A stretch of DNA of 64,000 nucleotides from Stegostoma tigrinum (lineage: Eukaryota). Below the pieces are notes generated by a model. It was not told the origin of the DNA. It searched no databases and saw only the letters and a list, made by a program, of their open reading frames with translations. This document shows, piece by piece, positions 1-11,344 of this stretch (its first letter is position 1; every line of letters begins with the position of its first letter). The position numbers and the translations under genes were made by a program. Where the stretch lies: contig NC_081387.1 of NCBI RefSeq assembly GCF_030684315.1, forward strand, positions 1,344,497 through 1,408,496, in the 5' to 3' direction.

Positions 1-560
1 GAGGGAGGGGAGGGGGGAGAGGGAGGGGAGGGGGGAGAGGGAGGGGAGGGGGGAGAGGGCGCGGGGGAGGGGAGAGGGTGGAGAGGGAGGGAGGGGGAGA
101 GTGAGGGGTTGGGGTGGGGGAGGGGGGAATGGGAGGGGTGGGTGGAAGGAGGGAGAGGGATGGGTGGGTGGGGGTAGAGAGAGGGAGAGGGAGGGGGGTG
201 AGGGAGAGGGAGGGGGTGAGGGAGAGGGGGAGGGGGAGGGGGAGAGACAGAGAGTGAGAGAGAGAGAGGGGTGGGGGTAGGTGGAGAGGGGGGGGGAGAG
301 AGAGGAGAGATTTATTGAGTGTTGGGGAGGAGAAGAGATGGAGAGGACAAGAGTTTGAGAGTGTGAGCGAGAGGGAGAGAAGGGGAGGAAGAGACAGAGA
401 AACAGACGCAGAGAGTGTTAGGGAGAGAGAAAAAGTTAGTGGGTTTTAAAGAGAGGGGGAGGAAGGGAGAAAGGAAGTTAGTGAATGTTAGAGAGAGAGG
501 GAGAGAGAGAGAGAGAGAAGGGGAGAAAGAGACAGAGTTATTGAGCATTAGAGAGAGACC
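1..560. repeat. G/A-rich low-complexity tract
   Basis: Almost pure G/A, with many G3-G8 runs. Confidence 0.95.
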
Positions 561-686
561 AGTGATCAGGAACGAGGTTCAGTGGGGAAGTTTTCCCGCT
601 GCATCTATTTGAACATCATGAAGCCTGTCCTCATAGTGTCATAGCAAAACCCATCAAACAACCTGAGCTGAAGCTGATCTGAGTGA

Positions 687-1395
687 TAACAAAGTGTGGG
701 ACTAGATGAACACAGCAGGCCAAGCAGCATCTTAGGAACACAAAAGCTGATGTTTCGTGCCTAGACCCTTCATCAGAAAAGGGGGATGGGGAGAGGATTC
801 TGAAATAAATAGGGAGAAGATAGGTGGAGAGGAGAATATAGGTGGGGAGGTAGGGAGGGGATGAGTCAGTCTGGGAAGGACGGACAGGTCAAGGAGGCGG
901 GATTAGGTTAGTAGGACGGAAATGGAGGTGTGGCTTGAGGTGGGAGGAGGGGATAGGTGAGAGGAAGAACAGGTTAGGGAGGCAGGCGTGAGCTGGGCTG
1001 GTTTTGGGGTGCAGTGAGGGGAGGGGAGAGTGCATCCCAAAACCAGCCCAGCTCGTCCCCGCCTCCCTAACTTGTTCCTCCTCTCACCTATCCCCTCCTC
1101 TCACCTCAAGCCGTAACTCCATTTCCTTCCCACTAACCTCATCCCGCCCCCTTGACCTGTCCCCTTCCCACTTCCCCACCTATACTCTCCACCTATCTTC
1201 TGCTCTATCCATCTTCAGTCCGCCACCCCCTCTCTCCCTATTTATTTCAGAATCCTCTCCCCATCCCCCTCTCTGATGAAGGGTCTAGTCCCGAAACGTC
1301 AGCTTTTGTGCTCCTAAGATGCTGCTTGGCCTGTTGTGTTCATCCAGCTCCACACTTTATCTTGGATTCTCCAGCATCTGCAGTTCCCGTTATCT
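687..1395. mobile_element. Penelope-like inverted pLTR pair
   Basis: Two opposed copies of the PLE terminal sequence. TSD CTGAT(C/T)TGAGTGA at 674-686 and 1396-1408. Confidence 0.85.
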
Positions 1396-1766
1396 CTGAT
1401 TTGAGTGAGTTGTACCTTGAAGGGGCACAGTCTCTTGAGCGGAAACCCAAAATTACATCAAACATTGTACGGAGTAGTAACACACCCCAAAAATCAGCAG
1501 GATCCAGTCCTCACAGCACAACTCTGATATTAGACACTGAGAGAATTTATAGAGAAGTTAATGGGGAATTAGTCTGATATTAGACACTGATTGGGTATCT
1601 AGTATGGTTAATGGAATCGAGTCTGATGTTTACTTCTTCGTTTTTTTGTAGTCAACCTAAAAAAAATACGAATGTCGAGAGGCAAAACATCTAATGAAGC
1701 ACTACTGTAAAGATCTTATTGCAATATAAAAACATGCAACTAATATTTTCAAAGCATTTTTATCCC

Positions 1767-1866
1767 ACAACACTTCTCGATGCTGTCACTTAATAGAGAG
1801 ATACTCAAAGACTTTAACAACACTTCTCGATGCTGTCACTTAATAGAGAGATACTCAAAGACTTTA
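1767..1866. repeat. Perfect 50-bp tandem duplication
   Basis: 1767-1816 is identical to 1817-1866. Confidence 0.95.
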
Positions 1867-2169
1867 TTGTGAAGGTTGATGCTCCCCAGGGACATGTTAC
1901 AGAGCATTGTGTTATAGGAAACAAGGGAAAATACTCACAACTTGATGTGCGGACTCAGTCTGACACTTAGACACTGTTACATGTTACAGTTGGGAGGAAT
2001 GTGGGAGGCTGAATCATAAGTTAATATATGAAACAAAGAAAAAGCAGAAACTTCTGGGGAAACTCAACAAGTCTGGCAGCATATGAGAGAGCAAAACAGA
2101 TTCATTGTATCAGGTCTGTGGCCTTTTTCAGATAATAAATGGGCCAGATTAAATGGATCTCAGGTTAGA

Positions 2170-2490
2170 TATAGAATCCTCACAGTGTAGAAACAGGCCC
2201 TTCGGCCCAACAAGTCCACACCAAACCTCAGACCGTGTCACCTAGACCCATCCCCCATAACCCACCTAATCTACACCACCCTGAACACTATGGGCAATTT
2301 AGCACGGCCAATCCACTTACCCTGCACATCTTCAGACTGTGGGAGGAAACTGTAGCACCCAGAGGAAACCCATGCAGACACAGGGAGAATGTGCAATCTC
2401 TACACATACAGTTGCCCGAGGCTGGAATCGAACTCAGGTCGCTGGTGCTGTGAGGCAGCAGTGCTAACCATTGAGCCACTGTGCTACCCA
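2170..2490 (-). mobile_element. tRNA-derived HE1/V-SINE-type SINE
   Basis: Minus strand starts GCACAGTGGCTCAATGGTTAGCACTGCTGCCTCACAGC (A box), then GTTCGATTCC (B box) and the V-domain-like TTTCCTCCCACAGTC. Related copies at ~20690-20980 (-) and ~51317-51580 (+). Confidence 0.85.
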
Positions 2491-2499
2491 ATTGTTCTG

Positions 2500-3874
2500 G
2501 GAGGCAAGGGAGGAAATATTTCAATTCCTCTCTGGCCACAGAAAAGGAAAGCCAATGTGCTGCCATCATTTCAAGAAGGGGCCTAGGGATAAACGATAAA
2601 CAACGGCCAACCAGTCTAACTTCAGTGAAAGGAAAAGTATTGTAAACAAAACAGGGTCTGAATTAATCTGCATTTGGAGATGCAGGGATTAATCAAGAAC
2701 TGCCAATATGGCTTTGTTAAGGGGACGTCATGTCTGTTTGAATTCTTCAAGGAGGTGACCAGGTATATGGATAAGGGCACTGCATTTCATGTAGTCTACT
2801 TGGACATCAGCAAGGCTTTTGATATAGTCCCACATTGGAAATTAACAGCAGAGGTAAGAGCACATGGGATCCAAGGAAATTTGGCAAATTGGATCCACAA
2901 TGGGTTGAGTGGCAGAAAGCAGACGGTGATGGTTGAGGGGTACCTTTCACACTGGAACATTGTGTCGAGTGGGGTCCTATAGGGATCAGTATAGGGGTCC
3001 TTACTGTTTGTGGTTTATATCGAAGACTTAGGTTTGAATGTTGGAGGGTTGGCTAGTATGTCTGAGGATGATACAAAAATCAGAGGGTAGGAAATAGGAG
3101 GATACCCTTAGATTAGTGGATAATATGGACAGGTTGGCCAAATGAACTGATCATTAACAAATAAAGTTCAATCCGGATATGGGCACTTGGATAGGACAAA
3201 CAAGGCAAGGGAAAACATGCTGAGCAATAGGACCCTGGGAAGCACTGAGAATCATATGGATCTTTGTGTGCATGGACTCCGATTCCTTAAAGTATCAGGA
3301 CACCTGGATAAAGTGATTAACAAGGCATATGGTATACTTGTCGTTATTAACTGAGGCATAGAGTTGAAGAGCAGGGAGTTGACATTAGAGCTGTATAAAA
3401 CATTGGTGCAGTCAAAGTGAGAGTACTGTGAGCAGTTCTGGAATCTACATTCTAGGAGGGATGTGATAACAGTGGAGAGGGTGCAGAAGAGATTTAGTGA
3501 GTTTTAGTTATGAAGAAAGATTAGAAAGACTGGAGTTGTTTTCTTTAGAGCAGAGGAGGTTGAGTGGGGATATGATTGAGATGTATACGCTCTTAAGGAG
3601 CATAGATAGGGAACATAGGAAGAAATCTTTCCTCTTGATGGAGGGATCAATGAACAGGGGGCATAGATTTAAAGTATGGGCCAGAAGGATTAGTAGAAAT
3701 CTGAGGAAAGTCCTTTTCACCCAGATTTTGGTGGGAATCCGGAATTCACTGTCTTTTAGGGTGGTGCAGGCAGAAACTTTTAGAGCATTGAAGGAGAATT
3801 TAGATGTGCATTTGTGATGCCTAAGCTTACAAGGCAATGGGCCAAGTGTTGGAAAATGGGTTTAGAATAGTTTA
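2500..3874 (+). mobile_element. CR1 LINE fragment (RT region and 3' end)
   Basis: ORF 2674..2982 has YLDISKAFDIVPH; ORF 3497..3817 has YEERLERLELFSLEQRRLSGD. Confidence 0.9.
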
Positions 3875-3971
3875 GTGGTAATGGGAACTGCAGATGCCGG
3901 AGAATCCATGATAATAAAGTGTGAAGCTGGATGAACACAGCAGGCCAAGCAGCTTCTCAGGAGCACAAAAG

Positions 3972-4001
3972 CTGACGTTTCGGGCCTAGACCCTTCATCA
4001 G
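3972..4001 (-). ncRNA. Minimal hammerhead motif, sense to TAP1 pre-mRNA
   Basis: Reverse complement reads CTGATGAAGGGTCTAGGCCCGAAACGTCAG. Confidence 0.75.
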
Positions 4002-5174
4002 AGATGGGGATGAGGTGAGGGTCCTGGAATAAATAGGGAGAGAGGGGGAGGCAGGCCGAAGATGGAGAGAAAGGAAGATAGGTGGAGAGGAGAGTATAGT
4101 TGGGTTTCCCCAATGTAGAGGAAGCCACACTGGGCACAATGGATACAGTATACCACATTGGCAGATGTGCAGGTGAACCTCTGCTTAATATGGGAAGTCA
4201 TCTTGGGGCCTGGGATAGGGGTGAGGGAGGAGGTATGGGGGCAAGTGTAGCACTTCGTGCAGTTGCAGGGGAAGGTGTCAGGTGTGGTGGGGTTGGAGGG
4301 CAGTGTGGAGCGAACAAGGGAGTCATGGAGAGAGTGGTCTCTCCGGAAAGCAGACAAGAGTGGGGATGGAAAAATGTCTTGGGTGGTGGGGTTGGATTGT
4401 AGATGGCAGAAGTGTCGGAGGATGATGCGTTGTATCCGGAGGTTGGTGGGGTGGTATGTGAAAACGAGGGGGGTATACTGTATATTGTATCCACTGTACC
4501 TGGTGTGGCTTCCTCTACATTGGGGAAACCAAGCGGAGGCTTGGGGACTGCTTTGCAGAACACCTCCGCTCAATTCGCAATAAACAACTGCGCCTCCCAG
4601 TCGCAAACCATTTCCACTCCCCCTCCCATTCTTTAGATGACATGTCCATCATGGGCCTCCTGCACTGCCACAATGATGCCACCCGAAGGTTGCAGGAACA
4701 GCAACTCATATTCCGCTTGGGAACCCTGCAGCCCAATGGTATCAATGTGGACTTCACCAGCTTCAAAATCTCCCCTTCCCCCACCACATTCCAAAACCAC
4801 CCCAGTTCGTCCCCTCCCCCCACTGCATCACACAACCAGCCCAGCTCATCCCCTCCCCCCACTGCATCCCAAAACCAGTCCAACCTGTCTCTGCCTCCCT
4901 AACCGGTTCTTCCTCTCACCCATCCCTTCCTCCCACCCCAAGCCGCACCTCCATTTCCTACCTACTAACCTCATCCCACCTCCTTGATTTGTCAGAGGTT
5001 CACCTGCACATCTGCCAATGTGGTATACTGTATCCATTGTACCCGGTGTGGCTTCCTCTACATTGGGGAAACTCAACTATACTCTCCTCTCCACCTATCT
5101 TCTTTACTCTCCATCTTCGGTCCGCCTCCCCCTCTCTCCCTATTTATTTCAGAATCCTCTCCCCATCCCCCTCT

Positions 5175-5204
5175 CTGATGAAGGGTCTAGGCCCGAAACG
5201 TCAG
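5175..5204 (+). ncRNA. Minimal type I hammerhead ribozyme motif (PLE-borne)
   Basis: CTGATGA-A-GGGT(CTAG)GCCC-GAAAC-GTC-AG: catalytic core, helix II, and palindromic ACGT minimal helix III. Confidence 0.75.
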
Positions 5205-5374
5205 CTTTTGTGCTCCTAAGACGCTGCTTGGCCTGCTGTGTTAATCCAGCTTCACACTTTATTACCTTAGAATAGTTTATTAGTTGTTTTTGACTGATGC
5301 AGACTTGGTGACCTGACCAGCTTTTTCCTGTGCTGGGGGCCTGGCCGACTGTAATGATAAGGCAGTAAATGTAC

Positions 5375-5580
5375 CTGGTAGTATCTGCCAGTGTACTTAG
5401 GGACAATACCGACGATGAACATGCCGATGATGCTGAACAAGGTCAGTTTAAAGGACAGCTTGACCATAAAGACCAGGAGAAAGACAGCCCGCATCAGATA
5501 CCACATCAATAGGCTCAACTTCTCTGTCAGCGACTCACTCATCGTGTTTGTATCTGTGGTGATCCGGGATGTGATGTCAC
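5375..5580 (-). CDS. TAP1: TAP1 coding exon 4 (206 bp)
   Basis: AG/GT bounded. Encodes DITSRITTDTNTMSESLTEKLSLLMWYLMRAVFLLVFMVKLSFKLTLFSIIGMFIVGIVPKYTGRYYQ (ORF 5267..5542). The LSL.LWYL and PK..G..YQ motifs fit TAP1 rather than TAP2. Confidence 0.97.
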
Positions 5581-6598
5581 CTAGGCAACAGACAGGGAGA
5601 CAGCATCAAAACCTGCTTCCTTTCTGGAGTACAGTATCCCTCAGAGCTTCCACCTCTTTGTCAATCACTGCCTGTGGTGTCCCTGAGCTCATCATCTCCG
5701 AAATTAATCATCACTGTAACGCTTTATATGGCATTCACAAATTACCAGGATATTGCACATTCATCTCCATGGATACTTTTGTACTGAATGTTACTGCAGG
5801 TCAGAATCTCTTGCAGTCACTGTCTCTCTCTTATCATTGGCCATCTCTCTCTATCCTCCCTCTCTGTCTGTCTGTCTCTTGTCATAGTCTGTCTCTCGCG
5901 AATCATTGCCTCTTTTTCTCTCTCTCTCTTTTTGATTTGATTTGATTTGTTATTCTCACGTGTACCTAGATACAGTTAAAAGTTTTGTTTTGTGTTCAGT
6001 ACAGGCGGACCATCCCATACAAAGATCATAAGGTAATTGGACAGAGCGAGCAACACAAAGTTACGGCTTCAGAGAAGGTACACAAAAGAGTGGATTTGAA
6101 ATTTGAGAGGTCCATTCAGAAGTCTAATTAGAACAGGGAAGAAGCTGTTCCTGAACTTGTTGTTATGTGTGTTTAAGCTTTTGAACCTTCTGCCCAAAGG
6201 AAGAGGTTAGATTGGGAGGGTCTTCGATGACAGGGGTCTCTCTCTGATCCTACATATCTCTCGCCTCTCTCTTCCTTTCTTACTGACCACTTGTCTGTTC
6301 ATCTATTGCTTTCCCTCTGAATCTCTCTGATGACTGTCTTCTCTCTCTGTCTCTCTCTCTCCCCCCTTCCCACACCCCACCCCCCGTTATCCACATTCTG
6401 TCTTGCTGCCTCTCTCTTTCTCTGTGTCTCTCATCACTACCTGTCCCTATCTCTGTCTCTCCTACTCATCCCATTCTGTGTGTCTTGCTGTCTGTCCATC
6501 TCTCTCTCTCTCCTTATCTCTGTCTCTAACTGTCCATTTCTGTCAGCCTCTCAGTCTCCCCCCTCTCTCTCTCTCCATGCCTGGAGCTCTCCCCTTAC

Positions 6599-6729
6599 CT
6601 GTGTGCACAGTGTCAAAGAAAGCAATTTCCTGCCGCACCACTGATCGAAACACGGAGCTCTGAATACGTGTGTGGATGCCTGTCATTGTAACATTGTAGG
6701 CACAGTCGCAGAAAAACTCTGTCAGAGCA
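6599..6729 (-). CDS. TAP1: TAP1 coding exon 3 (131 bp)
   Basis: AG/GT bounded. Encodes ALTEFFCDCAYNVTMTGIHTRIQSSVFRSVVRQEIAFFDTVHT(G), with the ABCB coupling-helix motif RQE..FF. Confidence 0.97.
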
Positions 6730-6942
6730 CTGTGGGAGAGACAGGGAAATAGGAATTACAACGGTTAGACTGCACTGAGAACAGATATCCTGGGAGATAC
6801 AGGCATTGTACTGCTAAAGAAACGGGAATCACTGGATATACAGCACTCTGAGTGGGAATAAGTGAAGGGGAGAGGTCTGTTTTGACCCCCTCCGGGCCCC
6901 ACATCGGTCAGCCAGCATTGAGTGGATGTTGAATATGATTAC

Positions 6943-7057
6943 CTTGCGCTGGTGATCAAGGACATTGCAATGATGGAGTTGGAGAACGCTGAAGGGTCGT
7001 CTTCATTCATCACCCAGTCAGTCATCCGGCCAGTGTAATAGGGTATCGCCATCTCCC
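6943..7057 (-). CDS. TAP1: TAP1 coding exon 2 (115 bp)
   Basis: AG/GT bounded. Encodes (G)EMAIPYYTGRMTDWVMNEDDPSAFSNSIIAMSLITSA(S), the TAP1-type MAIP..TGR.TDW motif. Phase is compatible with flanking exons. Confidence 0.97.
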
Positions 7058-7869
7058 CTGGGAACACAGGAAGCCATGTGTGACCAATAATCAGTGGGAC
7101 AGTTCACAATCCCTTCGCTAGCCTGAGAGACCAACTGTCTCCCTGTGAACCCAATCCTAACCAGAGACCAGGGGCCCAAACTCAAATATTGAATGTTTTA
7201 TGGTGGCAATTTAGAACATACAGAATAGAACCATTCAACAAGGCCATGGATAAATCTGATAGCAGACTCTGCCACATGTGTGTAAGAGAATTCACATTAA
7301 GAGCTGTGTGTATACAATGTTGTGACTTTGCCTGAAAGTCAGTCTTGAAGCTGTACACACACATGACCACAGTAAGTTGCTGGTTTGATGCAATGACTGC
7401 TGTGTAACTTGTTTGTGTTTTACTATTTTAAGTGCAGTAGTGCACATGGTAATTGAGAAGGTAACTGATCACTAGACCATTATCATTCCAACATGTCAGC
7501 CTCCAATTCACATGCCAGCCTAAACATGATGACCAAAGAGTCCCTTTGCAATCCCTTCTTATTCCAACGGATAGCTTCAGGGAGGGAATTTTAACATCAG
7601 AGACACTCAAGAGGCCAGAACTGGAGGAGCACGGTGATCTCCGAGCTGGGGGAAATGGCGACTTCATTGATAACAGAGATCAGGTGATAGTGGAATTGGG
7701 AAACAAGGGCAAGCACTTTAAAATGAAGGTATTAAAATCGAACGCGTAAATCCATGGGTACAGGGGTGACAGGGAGATGAGACTTAGTTTGTTGGAATTG
7801 TCGAGTCTGAAGGGAATGATAACTGGTTTGGGGGTCTCAACAGCCAATGAGTTTCAGCAGTGGCAACAT

Positions 7870-8400
7870 TTGTGGATCTAGATCTGGGTGTCCTTGTACA
7901 CCAGTCACTGAAAGTGAGCATGTAGGTGGGAGCAGGCAGTGAAGAACACAAATGGTACATTGGCCTTCATTGCCAGAGGTTTCGAGTACAAGGATGTCTT
8001 ACGGCAATATATGTCTATATCTACCATATTCATTGGAGTTTGGAAGAATGGCATGGGAAGCCTCATTAAAAATCTAACAGGATCACACAGTAAATGCAGA
8101 TAGGATGTTCCCGATGACCAGGGAGTCCAGAACCAGGGGTGACAGTCTAAGGATACAGGGTGGGCCATTTAGGATTGAAATAAGGAGAAATGTCTTCACC
8201 TAGACAGGAGTGATGCTGTGGAATTCACTGCTATAGAAATTGGTTGAGGCCAAACATTGAATGTTTTCAAGTAGGAAATTAGATACAGATCTTAGGACTA
8301 AAAGGAGCAAAGGGTATGTAGGAGAAAGTTGGAACAGGGGACTGAGTTTGATGATCAATGCCAAATAGACTACTCCTGCTCCTATTTTCTACTTTTGTAT
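7870..8400 (+). mobile_element. CR1 LINE 3' fragment
   Basis: Typical CR1 ORF2 C-terminal sequence (AGGAGAAATGTCTTCACC...GTGGAATTCACT). Confidence 0.7.
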
Positions 8401-9209
8401 CCAAATAGTTTGGGTATCAACATGGAAGTTTGCGGTCATAATAGCAGCATGGAGATATGATTGGAAGGTCATCTCAGGGTCAAACGTTATTTTGTTATTG
8501 TTATCCTCTCATGGGCTGGGCCAGCATTTCTTGCCCATCCCTGGTTACCATTGAGAAGGTGGTGGTGAGCTGCCTTCTTGAGCCGCTGCAGTCCTCCTGC
8601 CGTAGGTAGGCCCACAATGCCCTTAGGGAGGGAATTCTAGGGTTTTGATCCAGCGACACTGAATTAATGACAATATATTTCCAAGTCAGGATGGTGAATG
8701 TCTTGGAGTGGAACTGGTGATGTTACCATTCAGCTGCTGCCCTCGTCCTTCTGAATGGAAGTGTTTGTGGGTTGGGAAAGTGCTTTCTGAGAATCTTTGA
8801 TGGTTTTATTCTGAGCACGTGAACTGTCTGATCTAACCTCAGATAGTCATCTGTGAGAGGGATGGGAGTCGATGGCGGTGCCATCTTTGAATGGTTGGCA
8901 AACTGGCAGACCTGTCCACATTGAGTGACCTGTGCACCGCCTGACTCTCACCCCATCCTTGTGGCACTACCTAATTCCCATTCCTCTCCTCCATCTCACC
9001 TCTTGACTCATTCTTCACCCTGCCCTGCAATGATACCTGATCTCCTAACTCCATTCACCCTTCACCAGCTCTGTTCGTCTCTGGACTCCTGATCCCTAGT
9101 TAATTGCGCAAGGACTATCACTGCACCACCACCCCCCCACCCCCACATTCCCACTGCACACCCCAGCCTCCCAATAATGCCCAGTCAGCAATGCCAGTGT
9201 ACATCTTAC

Positions 9210-9729
9210 CCAGTGAAGACAGGACCAGGAACAGCGCCACCACGAGGAAGCGGCCGATATCGGGCTTCATACAGGCCAGCAGTCGGGACACGGTGGCCTT
9301 GGTTCCTGCCTCGCCTGCGGACTGCCCTTTGGAGCCTGGAGGCGAGAAGTGCCAGCGCAGCAAGAAGACCAGGCCCGTGCTGGCGTAGTTGAGGGCCAGG
9401 GCACTCCAGTTGTGCAGCCCATAAAGCATCTCTGTGGAGGAGAGGCCAGCGGCCATCACCAGGCTGACGTAGGCCGGTGTGAGCAGGCCGGACATGACCA
9501 GCATCCAGGATAGATCCGTGGGCTGCAGCCAGGCCGGCAGCTTGGACCGGGAAAGTGAGCAGGCCTGCAATGCGGCAGCCAGCAGGCCCACACGCAGCAG
9601 TGAGAGCAGCCAGAGAGCGAGCACTGGCTCAGCCAGGCCCCAGTGGTACATGGCCAGGCTCAGTGTCCATGTGGCAATAACATCCAGCAGTGGAATGGAG
9701 ATCAGCGGAACAGTAAGTGTCATCTTCAT
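9210..9729 (-). CDS. TAP1: TAP1 (ABCB2) first coding exon: TMD0 and start of core TMD
   Basis: ATG at 9729, preceded by an in-frame TGA. Hydrophobic N-terminus ends ...KATVSRLLACMKPDIGRFLVVALFLVLSSLG, matching the TAP1 exon-1 end. GT donor (G|GTAAG) at 9209. Acceptor (tttcctgcttttgcag) at 9753-9755, so the exon starts at 9752. Confidence 0.95.
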
Positions 9730-9779
9730 TCAGCGGAGTTAGCCCAGAGAACCTGCAAAAGCAGGAAAAAAAAACCTCC

Positions 9780-10087
9780 TTTAAATACCATTACTGAGAG
9801 ATTATAAACTGGGCTAAATACTATTACTGACATCTTAAATAGGGTTAAATACCATTACCAAAGTATTTAACCCGAGAGATTAAACCAGGTAAAATATTGT
9901 CACCAAGTGATTAAACTGGTTAAATACTGTTACTGAGAGGTTAAACCAGGCTAAATACGTTACTGAGAGATTAAACCAAGTTAAATATGTCACCAAGAAA
10001 TTAAACTAGGTTACATTCTGTACTGAGAGATTAACCCATGTTAAATACATTACTGAGAGGTGAAACTGGTTAGATGTGTTACTGAGC
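9780..10087. repeat. Degenerate ~30-bp AT-rich tandem repeat (~10 copies)
   Basis: TAAATACnnTTACTGAGAGATTAAACCAGGT-like units. Confidence 0.85.
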
Positions 10088-10529
10088 GTAAGAGCTAGGA
10101 ACAGGATAGGTCATTCAGCCCCTCGAGCCTGCTCCGCATCTCATACAGTCATAGCTGATCTCATCTCAGCCTCAACTCCACTTCCCTGCCCCTTTTTATT
10201 GTACTCATCCTCAAGATGAAGGCATTTCTGGCCAGGCCAGCATTTATTACACGTGCCTAATTTCCCAGAAGTTAGTTAACAGTTAACCATATTGCTGTGA
10301 TTTTGAGTCGCATGTAGGCCAGACCAGGAATGGATAATGATTTCCTTCCCTAGACAACATTAGTGAACAGGATGGGTTTTTCCTGACCACAGCAATAGAT
10401 TATTTAGACTTTTAATCAATTCAAATTCCACCGTATGCCATTACAGGATTTGAACCCGGGTTCCTAAAACATTACCTAGTGTCTCTGGATTAACAGTCCA
10501 CCAATAACACCACTACGCAATCACCTCCA

Positions 10530-11270
10530 CTTTCCATAAGCCTTCAAGCCATTACTCCTTAAAAACCCTTCTATCTCCTCCTTAAATTTACTCAATTTGC
10601 CAGTATCCAATGCAGTCTGTGGGAGTGATTTCTACAGATTCATGACACTTTGAGAGGAGTCATTTCTCCTCACCCGTGTTTTAAATGCACATCATTATCC
10701 TAAAACAATGACCTCTCATTCAACATTGTTTCCTCCTGGGGCATTCTCTCCATGTCTACTTTGTCAAAGCTCATTTAGCATCTTATATACCTCAATGAGA
10801 TTTCCTCTCATTCTTCTAAACTCCAGAGAATGTAGGCCTGAACTGCTCAATCTTTCTTCAAAGACAAACCCGTCATCTCTGGAATCAATCCAGTGAAATT
10901 CCTCTGAACTGCCTCTGATGAAACTACATCCTTCCTCAATTAAGGGAACTGAAACCGTACACAACACTCGAATTTCTGTCTCACTAATGCCTTGTGCGGT
11001 TGAGCAGCAATTCTCTACTTTTATACTCTATTTTAGCAATAAGTGCCAAAATTCGATTTGCCTTTAATACTGCCTGCTGTGTCTGTATACTAGTTTTCTG
11101 TGAACCGTGCACCAGCTCCCCCTGAAATGAAGCACCCTGAAGTTTCTCTCCATTTTAGATAATAAATTGCCTTTTTATTCCTCTGGCCAAAACCGATAAC
11201 CTCACACAAATCCACATCAAGTTCCATCTGCCAGATTTTGGCCCATTCACCAAACTATCCCTAGCCAGTT
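10530..11270 (-). mobile_element. CR1 LINE fragment
   Basis: ORF 10764..10967 has FEERLSSSGLHSLEFRRMRGNLIEVYK. Confidence 0.8.
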
Positions 11271-11344
11271 GAGTGAGGAGTGATCAGGTAAAATACAACA
11301 GCACTGAGTTTAAACTGGGATCGACACAGCACCACTGAGATTTT

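Larger units (their letters stand above)
3875..5266. mobile_element. Penelope-like element, internally rearranged, inverted ends
   Basis: GIY-YIG segments on both strands. TSD TTAGAATAGTTTA at 3862-3874 and 5267-5279. Inserted in the tail of a CR1. Confidence 0.9.

Noticed and set aside
1767-1866. Perfect 50-bp duplication as a functional element
   Set aside because: Intronic with no motif; most simply a recent slippage event or an assembly artefact.
5391-5945. 184-aa plus-strand ORF
   Set aside because: Antisense shadow of TAP1 exon 4 running into CT-rich sequence.
5375-9729. Assignment as TAP2 or ABCB9
   Set aside because: Diagnostic residues (EMAIPYYTGRMTDW, LSLLMWYL, PK..G.YYQ) fit TAP1.
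9780-10087. CRISPR-like appearance of ~30-bp repeats
   Set aside because: Head-to-tail degenerate units with no unique spacers, in a eukaryotic context with no cas genes.
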